Origin: a virus
Taxonomy: Duplodnaviria > Caudoviricetes
Length of the DNA: 52,445 bases
Reading direction: 5' to 3' (one strand)
Virus record (IMG/VR): IMGVR_UViG_3300044630_000786
Coordinates: 1-52,445 of that record
Shown here: positions 27,795 to 34,653 of the stretch, piece by piece
How the letters are laid out: the number at the start of each line of letters is the position of its first letter
Numbering within the stretch: position 1 is the stretch's first letter
Program-made: the position numbers and the translations under genes
Notes under the pieces: model-generated
Told to the model about the DNA's origin: nothing
Seen by the model: the letters and a program-made list of their open reading frames with translations, nothing else
Databases searched by the model: none

Positions 27795-28058
27795 TTAATC
27801 TAATACTGCGACAATATCTTCTTGCTTGATGATAACACGCTGAGAACCATCAATGGTAACTACAGCAGCTTTCGCCCACTCAAGCATAATCTTATCGCCA
27901 ACTTTTACTTCAGTAACCAATGGACCAATTGCTAACACGGTACCAGTTTTTGATTCTCCTAGACCTTGCGCACTTTCGATAACAATGCCAGAAGCTGTTG
28001 TGTTCTCACGTTTATTTTCTGCAACTAATACTTTGTCTTTCAATGGTACTACATTCAT
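27795..28058 (-). CDS. groES: Co-chaperonin GroES (Cpn10)
   Basis: PLKDKVLV, TASGIVI, GTVLAIGP, VKVGD, EDIVAV. Confidence 0.9.
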   Translation of the reverse strand: MNVVPLKDKVLVAENKRENTTASGIVIESAQGLGESKTGTVLAIGPLVTEVKVGDKIMLEWAKAAVVTIDGSQRVIIKQEDIVAVLD

Positions 28059-28088
28059 TAGGTATACCTCTCTCGTCATTAAAAATTA

Positions 28089-28162
28089 TGGTGCCCCTAC
28101 ACAGAATCGAACTGCAAATTACGGATTACAAAACCGTCGTTATACCATTTAACTATAAGGGC
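28089..28162 (-). tRNA. tRNA-Thr(TGT)
   Basis: Canonical. Confidence 0.93.
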
Positions 28163-28168
28163 GCAAAA

Positions 28169-28577
28169 CATTTTTGAGAGTACTGTTATGTGTTTAGTTG
28201 GCAGCTTTAAATACCTGCCACCAGATCCTCAAGCATTTCAATCTATGTTGGGTTATCATAGATTCTCTCCGAATAAAGGACGCTGTTTTGACTGGCGATT
28301 ATCTTCCCTAACAGTTGGGATGCCCATTCTTTTGCTCACACTCTCAAAAATGCTTCCTGTCCGTCGTGGTAATTATAGTACATCAAGAGCCGAGAATCCC
28401 CAACCCCATCACGCATACCCTCCACCCACTCGCCACGGACAGAACTCTCGTGTCGCCAACGCTGGTTAGGTAGACCCATGATTTTACTCATGCCCTATTC
28501 AAAGGGAGAACCATCCTACTGATCGCCAATCAGTTTCTCTCATGCGGATCACATTAGCAGTGGTTAGCTGCGGGTCT
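28169..28577 (-). ncRNA. Unidentified multi-domain structured RNA
   Basis: 13-bp closing stem 28169-28181/28340-28352, further stem-closed domains 28357-28442 and 28472-28577, many internal hairpins; no convincing ORF. Confidence 0.6.
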
Positions 28578-28653
28578 TGGCTCCGAAGGGTGGGATCGAA
28601 CCACCGACACGATGATTAACAGTCATCTGCAACTACCTCTGTGCTACTTCGGA
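28578..28653 (-). tRNA. tRNA-Asn(GTT)
   Basis: Canonical. Confidence 0.93.
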
Positions 28654-28659
28654 ATATCT

Positions 28660-28735
28660 TGGTAGCGGGAGCAGGAATCGAACCTACCTCATTCAAGCGT
28701 ATGAAACTTGCTAGTTCCCAGAACTATATCCCGCA
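28660..28735 (-). tRNA. tRNA-Met(CAT), initiator-like
   Basis: 1:72 mismatch, GCGGG acceptor; lacks the three G-C anticodon-stem pairs. Confidence 0.8.
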
Positions 28736-28742
28736 ATCAATC

Positions 28743-28817
28743 TGGCGGTCTCAAGGGGTAACGATCCCCTTCTTTATGCGTGACAGGCATATGTGCGTCC
28801 ATGAACACTTTGAGACC
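28743..28817 (-). tRNA. tRNA-Asp(GTC)
   Basis: G73; atypical T-loop ATCGTTA. Confidence 0.88.
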
Positions 28818-28823
28818 AAAATT

Positions 28824-28908
28824 TGGTGGAGAATACTGGGATCGAACCAGTCGTACCCGAAGGTGGCGGATTTACAGTCCACTGCATCACCATTGATGCT
28901 TCTTCTCC
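28824..28908 (-). tRNA. tRNA-Tyr(GTA)
   Basis: Variable arm, CCA. Confidence 0.93.
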
Positions 28909-28909
28909 A

Positions 28910-29033
28910 TGGTATTAGTTTTGCTGACGCACTGTTTGCTATGACTCATATGCTTTACTCGAGTTTACATCTTATCGTCATAGTTAGTCAGGCATGATCA
29001 AACCCATCGCTTACATCAGCAAAACTAATACCA
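28910..29033 (-). ncRNA. Unidentified 124-nt RNA closed by a perfect 18-bp stem
   Basis: TGGTATTAGTTTTGCTGA/TCAGCAAAACTAATACCA; inner CTATGAC/GTCATAG stem. Confidence 0.6.
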
Positions 29034-29034
29034 C

Positions 29035-29278
29035 ATTTAATTGCACTGGGATGTTCAGCAACAATCCACTCTGGGCTAACCACGTAGTCGTCCTACGACT
29101 GGTCGCTTCTCACATTACAGTCCAAGTTGTTCCAGCGTGACCACCGTATCCGCATCAACATTCTACCTAGTAGAACTCCACTTCGTTTCCATCTTTCCTG
29201 ACACATGACGCACCCACACTCGGCAGTGCAGCTAATGCTCATACATCCTACTGGCTTGGTAACCCAATGCAATTAAAT
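29035..29278 (-). ncRNA. Unidentified ~245-nt RNA closed by a 16-bp stem
   Basis: ATTTAATTGCATTGGG/CCCAGTGCAATTAAAT with a G.U pair only on minus strand; internal hairpins. Confidence 0.6.
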
Positions 29279-29279
29279 C

Positions 29280-29355
29280 TGGTACACGGTACGGGAATCG
29301 AACCCGTCTTCCTAACGTGAAAGGCTAGTGTCCTAAACCGATAGACGAACCGTGC
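29280..29355 (-). tRNA. tRNA-Glu(TTC)
   Basis: Canonical. Confidence 0.93.
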
Positions 29356-29410
29356 ATTGTTGGTTGTTTCAAACGTCTCCCGACGTGACGGACAACCATA
29401 ACCGTATTCA

Positions 29411-29424
29411 ATTTTTAAAGAACA
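29411..29424 (-). promoter_or_regulatory. boxA-like antitermination site
   Basis: TGTTCTTTAAAAAT vs rrn boxA TGCTCTTTAACA, in a tRNA operon leader. Confidence 0.55.
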
Positions 29425-29541
29425 ATAGAACTAACAAGGTGCTGACTGTTACATGGTGCCGAAGTCATTACCACACCAAAACCTTGTCAAACTCTTCTCA
29501 GAGCCAGATCGTTCACTTCTGTTTATCAACTCAATATAGTA

Positions 29542-29606
29542 ATTATACACCAACTTCTAATTAAAGTAAAGCACTTTCTTTGGAAGCCCCTACTATCAGT
29601 AGGGTT
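29542..29606 (-). promoter_or_regulatory. Early promoter with upstream stem-loop
   Basis: TTTACT-N17-TATAAT; CCCTACT/AGTAGGG palindrome. Confidence 0.75.
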
Positions 29607-29607
29607 A

Positions 29608-29683
29608 TGGAGTGGGTGACAGGACTCGAACCTGCATTGAACTGATTTGCAATCAGCTACCTAACCATTCAGTGCACACCCAC
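29608..29683 (-). tRNA. tRNA-Cys(GCA)
   Basis: U73, CCA. Confidence 0.92.
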
Positions 29684-30235
29684 ATAATCTCTTACTCTAC
29701 TGTTCTTAGGAACACCACTCATCAAATATTCCATTTGGTCAGTCAGAATATTTCTGTTAGACAAAATCATATTCTCATAGTGATTTGGTTCGTAAGGAAC
29801 ATACAACAACTTCATGTTGATATCCTCAAGCAACCTACGTCCCTTTTTCATGTTACAAGGTTTGCATGCAGTAACTACGTTAGTCCACGCATCCTTACCA
29901 CCTTCGCAACGTGGTATCACATGGTCTCGTGATAGATGACTAACTGAAAAATTGTTACCGCAGTAAGCACACAAATGTCTGTCTCTAGAAAAAAGAGTTT
30001 TGTTTGTCAACGCAACTCTACCAAATTTGTCAAGAGACGATGTACCTCGAACAGCAATTATAGAAGGAACCTCGATGCGAGATTCAATACCATCATTGTT
30101 GATACCACCACGGAAGATTTTCAATGTTTCACCTAGCGACCAGATTACCATCTCTTTTGCTTGATAACTTACCGCATCTTCAAAGTTTATCCACTTGCGA
30201 GGTAAACCTGCTGCGTCTAGTGCTAGAACATTCAT
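29669..30235 (-). CDS. HNH endonuclease (McrA-like)
   Basis: RDRHLCAYCG, DHVIP, W.NVVTACKPCN; true start MNVLALD after AAGG RBS. Confidence 0.88.
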   Translation of the reverse strand: MNVLALDAAGLPRKWINFEDAVSYQAKEMVIWSLGETLKIFRGGINNDGIESRIEVPSIIAVRGTSSLDKFGRVALTNKTLFSRDRHLCAYCGNNFSVSHLSRDHVIPRCEGGKDAWTNVVTACKPCNMKKGRRLLEDINMKLLYVPYEPNHYENMILSNRNILTDQMEYLMSGVPKNSRVRDYVGVH

Positions 30236-30252
30236 TTTCTTTCCTTTCTTAT

Positions 30253-30336
30253 TGGTACGAGGAGCGGGACTCGAACCCGCACGACTTTCGTCGGGAGATT
30301 TTAAGTCTCCTGTGTCTACCATTCCACCATCCTCGC
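30253..30336 (-). tRNA. tRNA-Leu(TAA)
   Basis: Canonical with variable arm. Confidence 0.95.
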
Positions 30337-30344
30337 ATACTTTA

Positions 30345-30373
30345 ATTTTACCCTTACACCTATTTAATGTCAA
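30345..30373 (-). promoter_or_regulatory. Internal sigma70 promoter
   Basis: TTGACA-N17-TAAAAT. Confidence 0.65.
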
Positions 30374-30384
30374 GTAAAATTTAT

Positions 30385-30462
30385 TGGTACCCCTACTCCG
30401 ATTCGAACGGAGAGAACTGCTCCTTTTGAGAGAGCCGACTTTACCAATTTGTCCATAGGGGC
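30385..30462 (-). tRNA. tRNA-Leu(CAA) with short variable loop
   Basis: Loop CT-CAA-AA, Leu-type D arm, A73. Confidence 0.8.
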
Positions 30463-30472
30463 ATCAAACCTT

Positions 30473-30567
30473 TGGTACTCCCGACAGGATTCGAACCTGT
30501 ATCATCCCCTCATCTAGAGGCATCGCCGAGGTATAAGCTCGGAGTTTTACCATTAAACTACAGGAGC
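30473..30567 (-). tRNA. tRNA-Ile(TAT) with long variable arm
   Basis: CCGAG-CT-TAT-AC-CTCGG; ~25-nt variable region. Confidence 0.8.
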
Positions 30568-30570
30568 AAC

Positions 30571-30662
30571 TGGCAGAAGGTATGGGATTCGAACCCATGA
30601 GCCATCTTTCAATGACTGACAGTTTAGCAAACTGCTGATTTAAGCCACTCATCCAACCTTCT
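30571..30662 (-). tRNA. tRNA-Ser(GCT)
   Basis: Long variable arm, G73. Confidence 0.93.
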
Positions 30663-30668
30663 AAACTA

Positions 30669-30743
30669 TGGAGCAGAGTATCGGATTCGAACCGATGACA
30701 TTTTCGTTGGCAACGAAACATTCTACCACTGAATTAACCCTGC
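30669..30743 (-). tRNA. tRNA-Gly(GCC)
   Basis: Canonical. Confidence 0.94.
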
Positions 30744-30749
30744 ATAATT

Positions 30750-30843
30750 TGGCGGAGAGCAGAGGAGTCGAACCCCATCCGATTTTAGTCAGAACCCAGT
30801 TTTCAAGGCTGGTCGGCGCACCAACGCACCTGCATTACTCTCC
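30750..30843 (-). tRNA. tRNA-Ser(TGA), probable 8/4 fold
   Basis: 8-bp acceptor, 4-bp T stem, 6-bp D stem with 4-nt loop, G73. Confidence 0.75.
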
Positions 30844-30849
30844 ATAACT

Positions 30850-30924
30850 TGGCACCCCATGATGGAATCGAACCACCATCCCGACGTTCGTAGCATCGTA
30901 TCCTATCCATTGAACGAATGGGGT
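30850..30924 (-). tRNA. tRNA-Arg(ACG)
   Basis: Canonical. Confidence 0.93.
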
Positions 30925-30932
30925 AATATTCT

Positions 30933-31007
30933 TGGTACCTATGGGTGGGAACGATCCACCGACCCTCGCCTTATCAAGACGATGCTCTACCACTGAGCTA
31001 CATAGGT
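30933..31007 (-). tRNA. tRNA-Ile(GAT)
   Basis: Cloverleaf; T-loop ATCGTTC. Confidence 0.9.
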
Positions 31008-31009
31008 AT

Positions 31010-31085
31010 TGGTGCAAGCGACAGGAATCGAACCTGTTTCCGAAGCTCTTCAGGCATCTGCTATGACCACATCAGCTACACTTGC
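31010..31085 (-). tRNA. tRNA-Phe(GAA)
   Basis: Loop CT-GAA-GA; one anticodon-stem mismatch. Confidence 0.88.
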
Positions 31086-31094
31086 ATTAACACT

Positions 31095-31168
31095 TGGCAT
31101 CCCGAGAGGGATTTGAACCCCCACTTACAGTTTTGGAGACTGCAGTGCTGCCGTTACACTATCGAGAT
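31095..31168 (-). tRNA. tRNA-Trp(CCA)
   Basis: Canonical, G73. Confidence 0.92.
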
Positions 31169-31180
31169 ATAAAATTTCTT

Positions 31181-31254
31181 TGGGGTGACTAGTGGGAGTT
31201 GAACCCACACGAAGAGAATCACAATCTCTGATGCTACCATTACATCATAGTCAC
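31181..31254 (-). tRNA. tRNA-His(GTG)
   Basis: C73; base at -1 is T rather than G. Confidence 0.9.
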
Positions 31255-31268
31255 ACCAAAGAAATCTT

Positions 31269-31342
31269 TGGCAGAGGGTACAAGAATCGAACTTGTGCTA
31301 CTTGAGTCAAAGTCAAGTGTGCTACCGCTACACCAACCCCCA
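31269..31342 (-). tRNA. tRNA-Gln(TTG)
   Basis: First tRNA of the array; G73, CCA. Confidence 0.92.
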
Positions 31343-31358
31343 ACATGTTTAACTATAA

Positions 31359-31372
31359 ATTTTTAATGAACG
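31359..31372 (-). promoter_or_regulatory. boxA-like site
   Basis: CGTTCATTAAAAAT between attenuator and first tRNA. Confidence 0.45.
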
Positions 31373-31388
31373 AATGGGACGATGCCCT

Positions 31389-31427
31389 AAAACAAAAAAC
31401 CCTCTAACTTTTCAGGTAGAGGGTTTT
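31389..31427 (-). terminator. Intrinsic terminator of the tRNA-operon leader (attenuator)
   Basis: AAAACCCTCTA/TAGAGGGTTTT 11-bp stem followed by TTGTTTT. Confidence 0.85.
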
Positions 31428-31469
31428 GGTAAATAGACCTTGTAGTCTTACATCTGCTTACCAAAACCC
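31421..31469 (-). promoter_or_regulatory. Antiterminator hairpin overlapping the terminator 5' arm
   Basis: Perfect 12-bp GGGTTTTGGTAA (31469-31458)/TTACCAAAACCC (31432-31421). Confidence 0.8.
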
Positions 31470-31573
31470 CCAGAATCATTCTCAATCGCATATCCAAATG
31501 TTGGACGTGAGCATGACCAGCCACTTAGTAGTGGGAGATGCTGTTTCGTCAACGATATGGATTGTCTTAACAT
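31448..31573 (-). CDS. Putative 41-aa leader peptide MLRQSISLTKQHLPLLSGWSCSRPTFGYAIENDSGGFGKQM
   Basis: ATG at predicted +1 (6 nt after TATAAT); ends inside the antiterminator; 34 distinct codons. Confidence 0.7.
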   Translation of the reverse strand: MLRQSISLTKQHLPLLSGWSCSRPTFGYAIENDSGGFGKQM

Positions 31574-31579
31574 AAAAGA

Positions 31580-31608
31580 ATTATACACCTTTTCTGAATT
31601 ATTGGCAA
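31580..31608 (-). promoter_or_regulatory. Promoter of the tRNA operon
   Basis: TTGCCA-N17-TATAAT. Confidence 0.8.
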
Positions 31609-31630
31609 GCAATTTTCTTGCTTACCTTTT

Positions 31631-31638
31631 TATTTATA
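31631..31638 (-). promoter_or_regulatory. Late promoter TATAAATA
   Basis: Exact consensus upstream of the tRNA leader. Confidence 0.6.
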
Positions 31639-31649
31639 ACAAAAATTCA

Positions 31650-32408
31650 TCACTTTCGTAGTTCTGCTAAATTATTTTTCTCAAGCCACTCAATCACAGT
31701 AGCAGTGGGATCTGACCCACACACTGTAAACCTATAAGCACCTGGAAAACTGTGATGGTAACTATGATAGTTCTCACCAAAATTTAGCCAACTCATCTTA
31801 GGTAAGTCCACTATTTTACCTCGACTTTCGCCATAATGGCAAACTGCATTTGCAACACCGAAGGCATGAAAAGCGAACACACCAGCAACACCAATCACGA
31901 ATAAACCAATTATACCACAAACCAAATAAAATGTCAACCAGATTGCAAGAGTTAACCAAAGATAATTCTTGTGGAAGAACTGCAATTCTTTGTTAACGAT
32001 AATATCTCGACACCCAGCGATGTCAATCTTCTTCTCGTCAAGCTGCCACAGATGACAGTAGCTTCTTAGGAAACCAATCTGCCATGGACTATGAGGATCT
32101 CCCTCTTGGTCCAAGTTCTTGTGATGCATTCTATGCACTATCGCCCAACCAAGTGGAGTGCCAATCAAACTGAATAGAGAAAAGAACAACAACCCTTTCC
32201 TTAGCCAAGCATGTTTGATTGTGAAAGTTCTATGCGCAATAGATCGATGTAGGAAACCTGTGACAGCAAACCCACCAAGCATGATAATAGGGATAGCAAA
32301 CAAGATTGCGATCCATTCACCACTCATTATCATCATAATCACAAAGATATGACAAAGAATGCTGAGTGTCGTTCTTGCTACTAACATTGCTTCACTTCGA
32401 TATTGCAT
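31650..32408 (-). CDS. Membrane fatty acid desaturase (delta-9-like)
   Basis: His boxes HRSIAH, HRMHH, HSYHH; DPHSP; TM segments. Confidence 0.88.
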   Translation of the reverse strand: MQYRSEAMLVARTTLSILCHIFVIMMIMSGEWIAILFAIPIIMLGGFAVTGFLHRSIAHRTFTIKHAWLRKGLLFFSLFSLIGTPLGWAIVHRMHHKNLDQEGDPHSPWQIGFLRSYCHLWQLDEKKIDIAGCRDIIVNKELQFFHKNYLWLTLAIWLTFYLVCGIIGLFVIGVAGVFAFHAFGVANAVCHYGESRGKIVDLPKMSWLNFGENYHSYHHSFPGAYRFTVCGSDPTATVIEWLEKNNLAELRK

Positions 32409-32836
32409 TTTTCTAAAAACTCCAATCCATCATTGTCACGATAAGTGTTGCGGTAATAGAAGGTATTTATACCAGCACCATAAATGATTTTAGCGCATTG
32501 TATGCAAGGTGCGTGAGTACAAAACATGGTAGCACCAGCTGCTCGTTCACCATCACGTGCAAGTTTCGAAATAGCATTTGCTTCAGCATGAATAACCTCG
32601 TCTTTCGTTTTCAACTCTTTAGTAAAATGTTCATAGTTATATCTTGGATCACTTGGATTGACATTAACTATATGTTCGCATTCATTTGACCATCCAGCTG
32701 GCATACCATTGTAGCCAATAGAGATGATACGGTTGTCTTTCACCACTACTGCACCAACTTTTAGACGGATCGCAGAACTCAATTCAGCAAACCTCTCAGC
32801 TGTGTCCATGAAGGCACTAATCCATTTCTGTTTCAT
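32381..32836 (-). CDS. dCMP deaminase
   Basis: GYNG, HAEANA, PCIQC. Confidence 0.92.
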   Translation of the reverse strand: MKQKWISAFMDTAERFAELSSAIRLKVGAVVVKDNRIISIGYNGMPAGWSNECEHIVNVNPSDPRYNYEHFTKELKTKDEVIHAEANAISKLARDGERAAGATMFCTHAPCIQCAKIIYGAGINTFYYRNTYRDNDGLEFLEKCNIEVKQC

Positions 32837-33834
32837 CGCAAGTATACCTGTACGCTTTCAAGTTGTTTAACCAAATCATTACTCACAGCAAACTTAACTG
32901 GTAGTGAATGTTTCTCGTTTTCAAAAATTACAAGGGCAGGTTGGTTGTATGTAGTTTTGAAGTTTGGTAGAAACCTGTTACTTCTATACTCACCAGCATT
33001 CACAAACTGATACATCCTTGTGTCCTCTAGATACTGTTCGTGTAAGAAAACATCTTGACCACGAACCTTACCAATAACCACGATCTTTGGATTCCTTGGC
33101 ATAGTCATGTCAACATCGAGATTAAAACAATCTACGCTTGAACGAATATACATTCCAAAGCAAACCATCATGTTGTCTTGCAACTGTATTGGATCAGGTT
33201 TTGTTGCTTCCCAACCAATCGCACCTAAAATTGGACTCACACCAAACAGATAAGTTGACAACCCACCAGCAAGACTTTCTCTAGTATTAGAAGTAGTCTT
33301 ACCCTTCTCGTTAATAGTAGAAGTAAACAACTTCATATCAGACAACCACTTCTGTTGCCAACTGAGTTCTATGTTTGTTGAAATTATCGTTTCTTCTCTT
33401 CCGATTTTAGTTTGTGGGTTTGCTATGTTAGCATGGATTGCTTTACCCACATCATCCAATCTTTGAACGACACGTTCACGTTTTTCATATTCCTCAAAGC
33501 CAATATTAAATGGGGTAGTAGTTCGCTTCTGAGTATTATTCTTAGGAACAACATCAGCAACAATCGTTACCTCATAACCCATTGCGGTAGATCTATGTTC
33601 AATAATACTGTAAGATTTAATCACACCACCATTGTACTGGTCAATCTTTTCCTCAACTCTACCATTTCTGGCATTAGATTCAGCAATGATGAAGGTGCTT
33701 GCTCCCTTTTCTAGCGCAGATGTTTTTGCGTTCTCGAGGGCAGCATGGTAATTCGCACCATACCCTGTTACCTTAACTTCACCAGCAAAAACTGATGAGC
33801 AAACAAACAGTAAAGCAAGCAAACTCTTTTTCAT
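32833..33834 (-). CDS. Exported hypothetical protein
   Basis: Signal peptide MKKSLLALLF; VTGYG...ALENAK..ALE N-terminal domain. Confidence 0.7.
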   Translation of the reverse strand: MKKSLLALLFVCSSVFAGEVKVTGYGANYHAALENAKTSALEKGASTFIIAESNARNGRVEEKIDQYNGGVIKSYSIIEHRSTAMGYEVTIVADVVPKNNTQKRTTTPFNIGFEEYEKRERVVQRLDDVGKAIHANIANPQTKIGREETIISTNIELSWQQKWLSDMKLFTSTINEKGKTTSNTRESLAGGLSTYLFGVSPILGAIGWEATKPDPIQLQDNMMVCFGMYIRSSVDCFNLDVDMTMPRNPKIVVIGKVRGQDVFLHEQYLEDTRMYQFVNAGEYRSNRFLPNFKTTYNQPALVIFENEKHSLPVKFAVSNDLVKQLESVQVYLR

Positions 33835-33835
33835 A

Positions 33836-34510
33836 TCAGAACCCATTCATCTGCGTTCTGATAGAAGCAGCAGCATTCATACTTTTCTTGGAGACCATAA
33901 CAGTAACCGCAACCATGTTGTTTTCACGTGTAACTTCACGTTTAGCAACATACGCACCCTTCAGGATAAACTGAGAGTTGTCGCGGATGGTTTCAGTAAC
34001 TGACTGCGCAATCTTACTTGCACGTTGACGATCTTCTTCACTGTACATACCACCTGTTGTATCACCATCGCTACCGAAGAGAGAATTACTATCTTCTTTC
34101 TTACTATCACGACGACGGTCTTCAGTGTTTTTGTTTGTTACCATATCACGCATGGCTGTCTTAGTTACATTTTCAGCAACCTTGCCAGACTTCACATCAT
34201 TGGTAAGAAACTCTACCAAGTTACGTTTGGCTCGCATAGTAGCAAGCATGAACGCATCCTCACGACCTTGCGGATGATTAAAGTTGACTGGTGCAGTACC
34301 TGTCGTTTTAATCACCAACCAGTCACCAGCTTCAGAAAACTGAAGTTGAACAGTTCCAGTTGCTTCAAGAAACTCTGCTTCTGCTTTCTTAATATCAGGT
34401 GTTTGCTCCAATTTATTTTCTACTTTTGTAGGGGATGGAGGTGAACCCTTTGTTGCACAGCCAACTGTAAACACAGCGACTAGTGCCATTGCTAATGCAC
34501 TTTTCTTCAT
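33836..34510 (-). CDS. Lipoprotein (LPP20-like)
   Basis: Lipobox TVGC. Confidence 0.7.
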   Translation of the reverse strand: MKKSALAMALVAVFTVGCATKGSPPSPTKVENKLEQTPDIKKAEAEFLEATGTVQLQFSEAGDWLVIKTTGTAPVNFNHPQGREDAFMLATMRAKRNLVEFLTNDVKSGKVAENVTKTAMRDMVTNKNTEDRRRDSKKEDSNSLFGSDGDTTGGMYSEEDRQRASKIAQSVTETIRDNSQFILKGAYVAKREVTRENNMVAVTVMVSKKSMNAAASIRTQMNGF

Positions 34511-34521
34511 AGTAAATTTCC

Positions 34522-34653
34522 TCATTTAGATTTAACCCATTCACCTGCTTTTTTAAGGTCATCTCCTGCGCCAGCGAGAGTCCCCCCAACAGTACCACAA
34601 CCTGTCACAGCAACGCAAATAGCCAGTATAAGTATCACAAATACAAACTTCAT
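34522..34653 (-). CDS. Entericidin-like small lipoprotein
   Basis: MKFVFVILILAICVAVTGCGTVGGTLAGAGDDLKKAGEWVKSK; lipobox VTGC and GxGxD.xxxG pattern. Confidence 0.65.
   Translation of the reverse strand: MKFVFVILILAICVAVTGCGTVGGTLAGAGDDLKKAGEWVKSK

Noticed and set aside
28169-28577. RNase P RNA
   Set aside because: Could not find the GAGGAAAGUCC and AAxxCGGCUUA P4 signatures
30236-30373. N-terminal extension of the HNH ORF
   Set aside because: Runs through tRNA-Leu(TAA) and a promoter; the RBS supports the start at 30235
30385-30462. Possible UCA (Sec/opal suppressor) anticodon
   Set aside because: A 5-bp stem and 7-nt loop place CAA at 34-36; genes end normally in TAA, TAG and TGA, with no sign of recoding
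26670-31172. Short ORFs overlapping tRNAs (26670, 27413, 27418, 28641, 30464, 30835, 30945)
   Set aside because: Spurious translations of tRNA genes
34522-34653. Frameshift at the G6 run in the lipoprotein gene
   Set aside because: On recount the frame is intact; the 34413..34598 ORF is an out-of-frame artefact
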